Assembly (NCBI RefSeq): GCF_009834535.1
Contig: NC_045721.1
Coordinates: 19,096,001-19,160,000, forward strand
Length of the DNA stretch: 64,000 nt
Source of the DNA: Camelus ferus
Lineage: Eukaryota
Reading direction: 5' to 3'
A program made the position numbers and the translations under genes. This document shows positions 51,765-64,000 of this stretch, piece after piece; position 1 is the stretch's first letter, and each line of letters opens with the position of its first letter. A model generated the notes under the pieces. That model searched no databases and was not told where the DNA came from. It saw only the letters and a program-made list of their open reading frames with translations.

Positions 51765-51970
51765 CTCTCTGACCTCCCTAAGTAGCTGGGTATATTCTTG
51801 TCACTGTACTTTTATAGGTGCAATAGTATTATAATATGACATCATCATTACTCATCTCCCCAACTTAAGTTCAAGTTCTTTGATGCATTTTATTCAGCTT
51901 TGTCTTCTTAGAGTACAAAACATACAGCTGGCTCGGTAAGTATCTACTGAACAAACGACTGAGTGAGCCG
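51765..51970 (+). mobile_element. L2 3' end
   Basis: gtaagtatctactgaacaaacgactgagtgag. Confidence 0.55.
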
Positions 51971-52756
51971 GTCAGACAGTACTTTGGTATCACTCGAAGC
52001 TCTTAACGTAACGTTACATGTACAGTGATGACTCAGTAAACACTTAGTGGCTCGCAGATTAGAGACTATAACATCAATGGAAAGGCAACCTTTTATGTGA
52101 AAACACTAGTACTTCCAGAGTCAAGTGATCATTCCAACTGAGTGGTAATGATTTCCCCAGTCTACCTGGAAAAATATTTGAGTTAGAGATGTAGTTCTAA
52201 GAACTGATTGTGGGTGCCTGTTCATGAGAAAGTAAGGGTCACTCCTGAATAATGAAAAGCTGTTATTAGAATTAATGGTAAAAACACATCCATAGGGGAC
52301 TGATAATGTATACATTATAGAAAGGCAGGGCTCCTGCCCATGCAAAAGTCTACCTGCTACAATTCCAGGAGACATAATTCTTCAGTGCTCAGACACTTAG
52401 GGAGGCACGTTAATATGACTGCCTAGTACTCAGATCATAATCGGGGAATCACTCGTGTCCTCGGAATATAATGCCCTTCTTGTGTAATGTGTAAGATGCA
52501 TTTATTACCCCCATCAGATTTATTTCTATATTACAGAGTGAACATCAATACCTTAAACCCCCTTAGAAGAAGGCTTGTGAGTGAATGCACCCTCACTGTA
52601 CTTTTCATTAAGCTTATAAAGTCTCTTAAAAATAAATAACTGTCTCCAATATTTCATTTTTAAAGAAAATGACAATTATAGAAAGGGAAACATTTAATAT
52701 AATGAGACAGATCTGATAGTAAGAAGGTGGTAAACTGCTCAGTCTGTTGGTGCATT

Positions 52757-52850
52757 ATTAACTCTTTCTGGTCACTTGGGTAACATTTCGAGCACCATAC
52801 TGAAAGAGGTAATTTACTAAATGGTACCCGAATGGCCGGAAAGAGTTAAT
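52757..52850. repeat. Long imperfect inverted repeat (32-bp arms, 30-nt spacer); possible piggyBac-like MITE relic or pre-miRNA-like hairpin
   Basis: Arms 52757-52788 and 52819-52850 are 27/32 complementary; TTAA at both ends. Confidence 0.8.
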
Positions 52851-53094
52851 GTGGTAATCAAAAATGAGCAATTTACTTCTCGTCAACTAATCAAGCTCAG
52901 TAAAATTTTTATTAAAATGCCTCTGATACTGTTCAACTGAAATTTTAATTGAAAAACTGAAAGCCATTTAGCTGAAAATACGGTAGGGTGGATATTACAA
53001 CCGATTAATCCAAGAAAAGTAATGGCACATCTAATCGAAGAGAGACAATAATAGAACAACAACCATTACTGCAATTATTAACAGCGGTATCGAT

Positions 53095-53285
53095 GCCGCC
53101 CATACTTCTGAAGGTCTGTTACGTGCCAGCCACTGTTTCGGGCATCGTAACTATCTCACCGAATCTTCAAAATGGTGGGTTTTATTACCAGAAATGGAGG
53201 GACAGAGAGGAAATGAGTAGCTGAACCATGCCTAGAAGCCAGGTTTGTCAGATCTCACAGCCCACGATCATTTTATTATACGCTA
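53095..53285 (-). mobile_element. MIR SINE
   Basis: ttacgtgccagccactgttt...gaagccaggtttgtcagatctcacagccc. Confidence 0.6.
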
Positions 53286-53445
53286 GACTGCGCCCCAATA
53301 TGTAGCTACAAAATTTTTAGCTTCCTAGCTAGCCAAATGACCTGGAATGTGTTGGAAAGAGTTTATTAATCAAATGACCGTTCCAGAGAAATTCTGATTA
53401 GTCTCAGTGCCAACCATGCTTGTATCTTTCCTGGGCTTTGGCCCC

Positions 53446-54003
53446 TGTACAAAAACAGAGTTAACACAGCAGGCCCGAGACAGCTCTCCGTAGAAAGGCC
53501 TGCTTGCCGGACTGGCCCTTGGCTGGCATCTGGGACCCCAGCTTTTGGAAGCATTCCTACCACTCCCAAACTGATATAAGTGGCTCACTATGCTCACACT
53601 GTTTTATATAAGTAGTGTGGCTTACGCGGAAGACGCCGTTCCTTCTGTGAGTCTGGAATTTCGGGACGTGCTAGACAGAGGGTGACTTTAAGACTAGCCC
53701 TCGGTTAAAACCCCACACCCCGAGTCTCTCGTGAGTTTCTCTGTTTGACAACACATCACATGTGTCGTCATAACTCATCAACACAGGACGTTAATGAGGC
53801 CGTGTGTGACTCCACCAGCAGGGGGGACTCCTGGGAGCTCCTGCCTCATTTCTTCTGGATTTCACCTGAGCGCCTTCTCCCTTTGCTGACTTTGCTCTGG
53901 GATCTTTCACTGGAGAAATCTTAGTGAGAATGTCTCCATCCTGAGTCCTGTGAGACCTCCCAGCAGATCGTCCAGCCTGGGGGTGGTCTTGGGGACCCTG
54001 ACA
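53446..54003 (+). mobile_element. MER21/MER77-like solo LTR
   Basis: tgtacaaaaacagagttaacacagcaggcccgagac...cctgggggtggtcttggggaccctgaca. Confidence 0.85.
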
Positions 54004-54164
54004 GGGTCTGTTTTCACTTTATGCTTATTGTGAATATAAATGACCAACAATGCCTTTTATAAAGGCTTTTAGAATGTAGAGAGCCAAGGTTTGTAACACG
54101 CCCAGAGTCAGGGTTTAGGTCTTTATGATTTGCAAATTTTAGCATTTGAACTTCATTTCATAGT

Positions 54165-54685
54165 CAGGTACCTATTCCTCCTGGACATCCCTTCCTCCCT
54201 GGCTTTTCCTAATGGGACAGTCTCCTTGGTTTCTTCTCGCTCCATCTCCTTCCCTGGTCAGTTCTCCTCCAACTACTCAGAGCTTGATTCCCAGAGCAGT
54301 TTTCTCCCTCCTCTACCTGACTCTCTCCACTGGTGTTCTCATCTAGTCCAGCTGCTTTAGAAAATTCTCACTCAAGCTCCAGACTAAAAGTCACCTGTCC
54401 ATTCAACATCTCTTGGGATTTCTAATACGCATCTTAGACTTGGCATGTCCAAATCCATCCAAACGCTTTGATTCTCACCAATCCCATCCCCACCCCACCT
54501 GTGCTCCCCTAGTCTTCCCTGTCTCAGGAAACAGCACCAACCTCCCCTGAGTATGGAGGGACTCAAAATCTGGGACTCATTCCTGACCCCTTCCTTCTCC
54601 TCAACCAACCTCCACAGGGAATCCACAATCGAGTCTTGCCAAGCCCACCTCCGAAACAGACCTGCTTCTCTGCATCTATCCTTCA
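54165..54685 (+). mobile_element. L2 fragment
   Basis: catctcttgggatttctaatacgcatcttagacttggcatgtccaaa. Confidence 0.8.
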
Positions 54686-54688
54686 GAC

Positions 54689-54902
54689 CGGTGGTTCTCA
54701 AGAGGGGGGGCAGTTTTGCCCCCCAGGGGACACTGACAAGGTCTCGAGATATTTTTGGTTGTCATGACGAGGAAGGTGCTACTCGCATCTAGTAGGTAGA
54801 GGTCAAAGATGCTGTGAAACACCCCACAACGCACAGGACGACCCCCACAACAAATACCTGTGTGGCCCCAGATGTCAACAGCACTAAGATCGGGGAGCCC
54901 TG
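54689..54902 (+). mobile_element. MER20 (hAT-Charlie)
   Basis: gtggttctcaa...gcagttttgccccccaggggaca...gcatctagtaggtagaggtcaaagatgctg. Confidence 0.9.
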
Positions 54903-55399
54903 CCCAACACCAGGCGGTACAGGCACCAACACATCGCTTCTGTTCTTAATTTACATATTCAGTGTCTACTTTACATATCCTTTAAAATGCCATGAATCCT
55001 GTCTGGAGTACGGCAGAGTATAAGTAAAATTGAATATTAGAGACTGTTTCAATAACAAAAAGAAACTATGAGACTGCTCTCTTAATTCCTTTGAGTAATA
55101 TTTTCTTCTAGAAAAAAGTCACCTAATCTGAGATGATTATGTTTGTAAACAGGTTGAGATGTCGGCCACATCTATAGATAATCCATAGATGTTATCTATA
55201 ACGTGTTTTTTAAACGAAAGAGATTTCTCACTGACCTGTCTGAAGTTCTCAGTTATCTCAAAAGTAATTTTCCTCTATTGGTTGATATTAGGATGTCTTG
55301 CCTACACATCTACTGAATTAAACACACAACCAACCAAACATAAAAACCTACTGACACACAGGACAGAGCAACGGCTTACAGTGTTTGTCTCTCCCTCAC

Positions 55400-55625
55400 T
55401 GCAGCCTGGTTTAGACCACGGCCACCTGTATCTGTGTATACTCCCTGCACTTACTACACTGTACAGTGACCGTCGCCTTATTCTCCCCAACTACACAATA
55501 AGCCATGCATGTGGCCTCAGTGGCTAATGTGAATTTATATTCAGAACACTCGGCCCAGAAGTTGGTGTAAACAAGCATCTATTAAGTGAAGATGTAAAGG
55601 AGTAAATGAACAAATGAATGAACAA
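55400..55625 (+). mobile_element. L2 3' end
   Basis: Ends in taaatgaacaaatgaatgaac. Confidence 0.5.
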
Positions 55626-56809
55626 GCAGAAGGAGAGGGAGGAGGGACTGCTCACTGGTACCGGCAGGAGAAAGGTCCGGGTACACCTCTGGGACGACGT
55701 AGGCTCCTGCAGCAAATGAAGCAGAGTGGGCAGAACTGGTACGACTCCAGCAGAAAGGAAGAAGGATGGAACGGGACCTACAACTCACCCAGATCCACAG
55801 CCCTAGACAGACGCTAACAGCTACAGGAGCGGGGCAGAGAGAAGAGGTCTGTCTTTTCAAAAGGATTGTCTAGTCTATTACATGCTCACACCCTCCTAAG
55901 CGATGAGAAGGCGAATGCTTAACAGGAGAAAAATGGGTATGTTGATCGATTTTTATAGACTTGGAAGTGCACCCGATTTATCCATAAAACACAAAATAAG
56001 CCATACGATAGTCTTTTTAAGACCAAGTGATATTCAGACTTTTGATTCATTTTAGGGTTCCACTCCGGAGCGCCAAACTTCCCGGTGCTCGTCTGCATCC
56101 CTCCCTTCTCCTTTCAAGTTCAATTACCATGCTGACCCCAATACGTCAGGTGCTGCTTCCTCCTTCCAGATGAAAACACCGGAAGCTAGAATCGACCCTG
56201 AAATCACTTCAAAACGATAGGACTAGAAATTGCCAAGCTCAGGAGCTAAGGTGGGTGTGAGTTGCAAGCACAGCAATCACAAAAATTTGTCACTGAAGCT
56301 AAACACTGATGCACTGAAACAGGGCGCAGCCGTGTACTAAGCACTTAGGCTACAGAGCGAACACGAGCCCCGGGCAGCAGTCACTGAAGCAGAATCCCGC
56401 AAGTGATCTGGATTCAGCATCGGAGTGATTCACATCGCTACAAAATTGGCTTCTTTCAGAACTCACACCTAAGTGTGACCTTAATAAGTCACTGTTCTAA
56501 TAAAATAAACATTTTGGTATGAATAAATAAGGAACCCCAATTTGTCCTTTGCATCTGGGTGAAGGTCTTTGCTGATAAATAAAGTTCTTTTTTTTTCCCC
56601 TAAATACATAGAAAGGATCAGAGAAAAACTATTTTTTCTTCAGAATTTTGTGATGTCATTAAACACTTACATTTCTATACTTTCCTTTATTGAAACAACT
56701 TTAGGAGAAGGCACTGGAGAAACCCTTGTGGGGTACAAAGAATGTGGTATCAGATGGCAACTAGGAGTTTTTAAATCTTGCTAAGTTTTGAAGATTCATT
56801 TTTAACATA

Positions 56810-56935
56810 AGAATACAACAATTAGGGTTGGGAGGGACCTCACAATATTCTTGGCCTAATTCCTTACCTGCAGGTGAATCTGTCACGCTCAGAGAAGTTA
56901 AACGACCTATCCAAATTCACACAGCTACTACATTT
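56810..56935 (-). mobile_element. MIR SINE
   Basis: gctcagagaagttaaacgacctatccaaattcacacagcta. Confidence 0.75.
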
Positions 56936-57836
56936 CTTTCTGTGTGAGGTCACAGATTTTTAACATCAACCACCCACTTAATTACACCTTGCGTGGGGTA
57001 AAAAAGCTATATTAAATGTACACGGTTTTTTGTTTGTTTCTTTTTGTTTTGCCAATACCAACAGGTAATAGTTCCCCTAATTCATATAATTAAATACCAT
57101 TTTTTGCATTGGTATGGTAATCACAAGTCTCATTTGAAGTTTAATAATTCTTTTGAATCACATTTGATCATCTGTAATTAGGCAGAAAATGCGGTGACAG
57201 CCATGTCACTATTTACTCTACCCAGCAGCCAGCAAGTCTCCTCGACATCAATTAAAAAATACATCCTAATTTCAGAAAGTTAAAACAAAACAACAGAGGG
57301 ATGTTTCAAGATTGAGGGAAATAACGTAGGTAATGGCAAAAATTATGACAAGAACCTGTTTCTTAACTTTCTGTTCCACTATAGTACCTCCTTTGGCTGT
57401 TAACTACTTCTGACTCTTTTAATTGAAATATTTGCTTTCTAATTGAACACTACAGGCAACACATGATATCTCTAAAGAAAAACAATATAATTATCCAAAT
57501 TTCTTTTGTCAGAATGTGTTATGCACACCAGCAGATGCCACAATGTGACTAGGAGCTCAGAAAAAGTCAAAGAACTCAGGAAGGTGGGAGAAGGGCTCAT
57601 TAGTGTCAGGAAGATAAAAGACAGACAGGGGACCACGTCAACAACGTTCCACGCAGTGGTGCTGATCAAGCCAGGATGCTCACCAGAGAGACCCACAGCC
57701 TGAAGGTGAATCAAGCACAGGAATGGCAACCACCTGCACGTTATGTTAGTAAAGATGTGTTGCCATGTTGCAGGTTAGAAAGTAAAACAGCTAAGAGCGA
57801 TGAGAGCTACTGAGGCTTTCTGGTGGATCCGTGCAA

Positions 57837-57950
57837 TTCATTCATTCATTCACTCACTCACTCACTCCACTGTGTTCACTGTTCGAGGCTCTGGGTTAGA
57901 GAGGTGAGCTCCACCTTCATGGGGCTGACATTCTAGCCAGGATGCCGACA
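57837..57950 (-). mobile_element. L2 3' end with (TTCA)/(CTCA) tail
   Basis: ttcattcattcattcactcactc...ccttcatggggctgacattctag. Confidence 0.75.
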
Positions 57951-58749
57951 CCACACAAATGACACTCTCCCTGCCCACTGTTTCCTTCCTCTACCTCATT
58001 TCTTGTCACTTGAATGTGTTAACAGCCATGCCAGGTAGACAGTCTGGCCCAAGGAGGAAGAGAGAGTGGTGTGTTTGATCTGGGCAAAAGGAAAGTGAAA
58101 AGGGAACGGGGGAGGCCCAGCAACTAAACCAAATATGTGAGCTGCTGAGGGGACTGCAGCCCACGTTGGGGTAGTGAAAGGAGGGGTCCTTGTGCAAAGA
58201 GACGGTCAGAGACCACCTCTGCCAAGGGAAGAGAGGCACCAGAAAGGGGGAGAGGCCACAGGACCAGGCGTGCCAGGCACTGCAAGTAGTAGAAAATAAG
58301 CCGAGTCATTTATGAGTCATTCAGTGTTTTGCTGATTCCGTCCTCTTTGCTTAGTGGCAACAGTTTCCATATTCCTTGTCGAAATGTCTTTCCCTTCTTT
58401 GGAAATCTTGACGGCTTCACTCTGAACGTGGCATGCCACCCGAGCAAACAATTAGCATTGTTAACTGACAAAGAGACAGAGTAATTTTAGACCTATAAAT
58501 TTTTGCAGGATGGTGCGAAGGACACAGTGAACGTTAAGCCTGGAGGCACAGGAGGCTGGCGTGATGTGGAACTCTCATGGCGAACAGAAATTCCTTAATA
58601 TAACTCTGATACAAGGCAGATGTTTGTGGGATGGGTGGACAAAGATGTGGTTCCAGAATACTTTATAGCAGTATCCATTTTTATTCAGAGATGTTTTGCT
58701 TCACAAGGAATTGATTTTGGGGGGGAAAGTATAAAGTATAAAGGAGAGA

Positions 58750-58935
58750 AAGCAGAGTGTAATGGAAAGCGGTTGGTCTCTGAAGTCAGACGGGCTGTGA
58801 ATTCTATGTTCTGTCAGCTCTCATTGTCCGCCCTTGGGCCAGGCATCTAACTAACCTTTCTACACCTCCGCATTCTCATCTGTAAACCTGGAGATAAGAA
58901 TGCATATCCAACAGCGTGGGTATAAAGATTAACTT
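58750..58935 (+). mobile_element. MIR SINE
   Basis: ctctgaagtcagac...cattctcatctgtaaa. Confidence 0.7.
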
Positions 58936-59098
58936 TGTGTCTGAAACTAGGAGCCACTATGGCTTCTGTTTTTGTTTTTAATTTGAAAGTTAACATCCTT
59001 AACCTACTAGGGGAGGCTGCTTTATAAAGTAAACCCTATTTCAAATTTTTTCTGGTAAACTTCATGACCACCACATGTTTCTTTACTCAAGTCAGAGG

Positions 59099-59240
59099 CA
59101 GAGTGAAGTGCTGGAGAGAAAGGAGAGTCACCATCCAGGAGGTATGGATACCAAACTCAGGGGCACTGGTCCCTAGCCATGTGACCAGGTAAATTACTGA
59201 GCCTCTCCTGAGTTTTTATTTTGTTTGCATGTAATTTGAT
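59099..59240 (+). mobile_element. MIR SINE
   Basis: ctagccatgtgaccaggtaaattactgagcctctc. Confidence 0.55.
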
Positions 59241-61327
59241 TCCCTCTCATTTTAAAAAGCAGTAAGTCTGGATTTACAAATCCTCGTTTGGCTTCAAAAG
59301 TGATTCATCAGCATGGAGGTGTATTACGTCATTATTCTGAATGGACTGAAAGATGTTATTCTGGTTCTCAGTGCAAGATTTTGGACATGACACCATTTGA
59401 AATGATAACACACTGAAATATGTAGCAAAATAATAAACTGCGTAATTTGACGTTTGCTTCCCCGTTGTGAACATATACTTTTTCCTCTTGTCCCAATAAA
59501 CCTCAGTAACTATTGCCTCTTAACCAACTGAAACTGCCAGTGTCAAAGGATGAAGATTTCACCCAAGTAACAGAAAAGCGACGGACAACGGAAGGCGCAG
59601 GAGGAAAGGACATGGAAGGGACTGCAGGGAAGTTAGATTTCTAGGTTTCCAGTACCTTTTACTTCCATGGCGATTTCTTCCCTCTAAACTGAGTATCTCC
59701 CCTCATAGTGGTTACGACACACATGGGGAAAGTAAAGACCCTATAGGATACTTACATGATGTCACAAAAGAAAGTAATAAAGTCAAATGCCTTGTTTCTA
59801 TTCTCTCTCATCATCCAATCTGTCTCTCACCGTAAGAATTATTTTTAAATGAAAAAGTAGGGAGGTGAGCTCAAGTCCTGCCCTTTCCAGCCCAGGTGTG
59901 TTGTATGTGATAAATACAGCAAGTTATGACCAAAACCCAAAGCCAATCATAAAAGACATCAGAAGATACGCTGTGACAAAACACAGGTGTTTTCAGGTTG
60001 TCCAAAAAGTCCTCTTGGGGAATAAATTTGGCTATAACTTTAAATACTTCAATAAGGAAACAATAGATTATATTAAGTTTTAAGTTAAGTTGCTATGTTA
60101 CAGCATGACAATTATTTTCTCTTCTCGGTACCTGCTAATTTACTGTGAGAACAGGTATGGGAGGTTGTCCCACCCATCTTACTGTGCAGAAAGGAACCTT
60201 GCCTGTTCCCGAAAGGTTATAATTGGGTACAATAACCAAGGACAAAGCAGAAGTAATTACTTGGTTGACAGGGTGAAAGCAGAAGGGAAAAATGGTGAGC
60301 CCTGATCGGAATTACAGCCTTGAGGGGAGAGCATTCTCCCTTTGATCTGCATGTGTGTGCAGTCTGAATTAAGACTGGAAATCTCAATGAAATCGTATTC
60401 AAAACATGCCTTAAAATGGGATAATAGGACCCACGAATAAATAATACAGAATTGTTTAAACTCCACTTCCCACCTTTATGTATGAAATATTCCTAGCCCC
60501 GAGTTCTTGATCGCTAATCTGAGTTAGAACCTCATATGAGCCTGTTTTCTGAGTGGTTTTTCTTGAGAGTAAGTAAAACAATCCTTCTCTTTGATCTAAG
60601 TCACTTTGTAAGAAAAATTCTTTTGTGAATGTGGAAGGATAATCCTGACTCTAATCAATCAGAGAAAAACCAGGAGATGATTAAATCTCGGATCCTAACT
60701 TTCATGGTGAAGAATTGGTATTACCCACTTTAGAAAGCAAATCATGTGCTGAAATTTAAAAAATATTCCTACTGGGGTGGCAACATTCGTAATACTCTTA
60801 AAGGGCACTAAAAGGAATAAGGAATCATTCAACAAAAATAAGTGAATGCATTTCAGATATGCTTATATTATTCATTAAGTTAGAAAGAAGTGACTATTAT
60901 GCTTTTAATTACAGCCTCATTTTATGTTTCCGACCCCCCATTTGCTACCCAACCTGTAGGACTTGGCAGTGGCATTTCTCTCGCTGCTGGAGGCTGCAGC
61001 CTTCTGCAGCCAACCTGTGGTGACAGTTATCTCTTAATTAAACCTCTACATGCAAATACAGCAGTATTAAAAAGTGCTGTTGCAAAAGCACACACAAAGC
61101 ATGGTAATTTATAACTGTACAATCCTTTTCATCTAATGTTTTAATACCGACTAGAGTCAGTGTGAAACTTTCCCGGAGGAAAAATCTGCCTAGCCTATGC
61201 TTTCTGCATGTGTGAGAGGATGAGCCAATGAGCTGCCATTACTTTTTGGATGCAAATCTGAAATGAAATATGAAAGCCACTTCTAACAGGCTTCTGAACA
61301 GTTATTATTTATGTAGAGAAGAAGTAC

Positions 61328-61488
61328 NNNNNNNNNNNNNNNNNNNNNNNNNNNNNNNNNNNNNNNNNNNNNNNNNNNNNNNNNNNNNNNNNNNNNNNNN
61401 NNNNNNNNNNNNNNNNNNNNNNNNNNNNNNNNNNNNNNNNNNNNNNNNNNNNNNNNNNNNNNNNNNNNNNNNNNNNNNNNNNNNNNNN
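61328..61488. other. Assembly gap
   Basis: Run of N. Confidence 1.
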
Positions 61489-62004
61489 GGCCCAGGAGAG
61501 AAGGAGAGAGCTGATGTATGAATTCACAGTGAGATAATTATTTTTCTTCTAAGCCATTTTGTTATAAAAATAATAAATCATATACTCTCTAGAAGACACA
61601 AGCCTATACTAACTTGTCCGAAAACCGATTCATAAAGAAGGAAATTCACTTTTAGGGAAAAAAACTGTGTTTATTTCGAAATGCCAACATCTGTTGTGTA
61701 ATAAAAAGCAGCAGCAAACTGTCCTGCCGGCTCAGACGTTTAGCGGGAATAATTTAATGCGTAACTTTTTGGTGTTTGCTTTTTGAAAAAGCTAGGATGT
61801 GAAACAAGCTACTCAGCTAAATTCGGAAATGAACACTCAACTGTAGCAATATATACTCTGCAATCAAAGCAGCGTGAAATGTTTTCATTGAGGGTAAAAC
61901 ACCCTAAGTACGCATCTATGGTATCGCCCACGCACCAAAGAAGTGTATCTACCTGTGGTGGAAATGCCCCTGCTAGTCCGCAGCCTGGATTTACAGCTCT
62001 GAAG

Positions 62005-62225
62005 ATTGCTTTCTTAATTTCATTGTCAGATTGTTTGTTGCTAGAATATAGAAATACAACTGATTTTTGTATATTGGTCTTGTGTCCTGTGCCTTGCTCA
62101 ATTTTTGTTAATTCTAGAAGATTTTTTTAATGATTCCTTGAAGATTTTCTACACAGAAGATCACATGCTCTGCGAAGTTTAGTTCTTCCTTTCTTATCTG
62201 TATGCCTGTAATTTCTTTTCCTTGC
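62005..62225 (-). mobile_element. L1 ORF2 fragment (L1M)
   Basis: tagaaatacaactgatttttgtatattg...gattttctac...tctgcgaa. Confidence 0.8.
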
Positions 62226-62799
62226 AAACTTCATTTTAAAAGAACCATCTCTAAAGCAGTTATTTACCCAATTCTATAGCTACCGAGTAATAACTGCTAG
62301 CATTAGCAGCTAAACGCAACTATATCCAGCGTCCTCTGCCCACCGATACCTCTTGAATACATTCGAGAAAAAAAAATTTGCAATCAATCCTATCAGTCAC
62401 TACTTAGAAATTCCAGAAAATGCCATAAAAATGTACAACTTCAGGCCCTGTTGAGTTTTCTTTCTGGTTTAAATACTTTCTATGATGTAATACTGGCAAT
62501 CATCTTTTAATTTTTCTTCTAAAGATTTTTCAGAAGAGGCCGTGTGGTATAGTATAAAGATTCGGAGTCAGCAAGTCCTTGACTTAACGAACGTTAACAT
62601 TTTCAGGCAAACATTTTAAGCTGAACTGGGGTTGCTTTCTCTGGCCCTATAAATGTTTCTTGATATACTGGAATAAACTGTGGGAAGGAAAAAAATGTCT
62701 ACCTTAAAAATACATAAAAGGGAAGTACATAAAAATATTAATGAGTTATTTCTGGGTAGTGGATTGGGAGTTTTGTTTCCCTCCCTGTTTTCCAATTCC

Positions 62800-63100
62800 T
62801 CTCTGTCCAACAGAGATACACATGAGCCACATATACAATTTTAATTTTGTAGTAACCACATTCCACAAATAAAAATAAACAGGTAGAATGTATTTAATAA
62901 TGCAGGTAATTTATTCTAATATATCCAAAATGTCATTCCATCATGGACTCAATATATAAAAATAACTGATAGATTTTAGTCTTTTTTTTGGGCACTAAAG
63001 CCTCACAGTCCAGTGTTCATTTCACAGGGAGAGTTCACGTCAGTTTGGCTTAGCCTCATTTCAAGTGCTCAGTTGCCAAACGTGGCCACGGACACCACTG
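62800..63100 (+). mobile_element. MER33, near full length
   Basis: ctgtccaa...gagccacatat...catttcaagtgctc...ggacac. Confidence 0.8.
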
Positions 63101-63129
63101 AGCAATGGATGGGAAGGAAGCTGGGTGGG

Positions 63130-63245
63130 TTTCAAACTTTCACTGAGTCTCAGTTTTCTCATAAAACCTGAAGTAAGAATTCATGAAAACACTCTGTCAC
63201 ACCCAGTACACAGCAGGGACTAAATAAATGATGGTCATTAGTTGT
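63130..63245 (+). mobile_element. MIR fragment
   Basis: ctgagtctcagttttctcat...aaataaatgatgg. Confidence 0.5.
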
Positions 63246-63293
63246 TCCTCTGAATCGGTTTGGGATTCCCATGTAATCTTCAATTTTATTCTC

Positions 63294-63912
63294 TGTGTTG
63301 CGCTATTTGTTTTCAATTGCTAGGTAATAATTTGCCATTTAACCTTAACTATTTGCAACAACAAATTTATTATCTCCCAGTTTCTGTGGCTCGAAATGGT
63401 CTGGACGTGGGTGAACGGGGTTCTCTACTCAGGGTCTCACCAGGTTGAAATCTAGCCGTCAGCCCAGCTGCTGTTCCAGTCGGAAGCATGGCTGGAATCT
63501 CCTGCCAGGGTCATCTAGGCTGGGGGCAGAATTCAGTTCCCTGCAGCTACAGGACAGAGGCCCTCAGTCCCCAGAGGCCGCCTCTCCCCACAGGCAGCCC
63601 TCACAACACGGTCGTCTGCTTTTTACCTCGAGGCTTCCTGGAGAGCACCCCTACATCTCATCTTCTTCAAGTGCTCACCTAATTAGGTCAGGCCCACCCA
63701 ACACAATCTCCTGTTAGATTCAGGATTAGTCAGCTCATTAGGGACCCGAGTTACATCTGCAAAACCCCTTTTCCATATAATGCAAGATAATCATAGGAGT
63801 CACATTCCATCCTAATCACAGATCCCACTCACGCTCGTGCGGAGGAGTTGATACAGCACGTTTCCACCAGGCGGTGGGAATCTCGAGGGTCATTTTAGAA
63901 TTCTGCCTAAAT
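63294..63912 (-). mobile_element. MaLR solo LTR (MLT1E/F-like)
   Basis: tttattatctcccagtttctgtgg...aattaggtcaggcccaccca...ttttagaattctgccta. Confidence 0.85.
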
Positions 63913-64000
63913 GTCACCTTCCAGTATACTGGGTACCGGTTCCTGATAATATGACTACTTCCAGTGTACCTGATTCAAATAATATTTCCAAAGAGTTTTA

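Overview
Mammalian non-coding genomic DNA, very probably camelid (inferred from three Vic-1-type tRNA-Ala-derived SINEs and camelid-type L1 3' ends). It comes from a gapped assembly with N runs at 7849-7996, 30544-30676 and 61328-61488. I found no credible multi-codon protein-coding exon; the supplied ORFs look like chance ORFs. The only gene-like signal is at the left edge, where a minus-strand 5' region (about 434-1090) has good splice sites and an exon ending ATG CCC AG|gtaggt. The gene is not recognised. The rest is ancient repeats (L2, MIR, CR1/L3, L1M, MaLR/MER21 LTRs, MER/Tigger DNA transposons), younger L1 and SINE insertions, microsatellites and repeat-free blocks that may be regulatory. 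Best second-look items: a 94-nt TTAA-bounded hairpin (52757-52850), a complete two-LTR MaLR with intact TSD (28865-30850), a hairpin/Z-DNA cluster (49665-49846), a head-to-head SINE pair, and a possible second promoter near 34.2-35.5 kb. I see no convincing evidence of a new multi-gene biological system. Repeat family names are from recalled consensus similarity, not a RepeatMasker run, and old-repeat boundaries are approximate.
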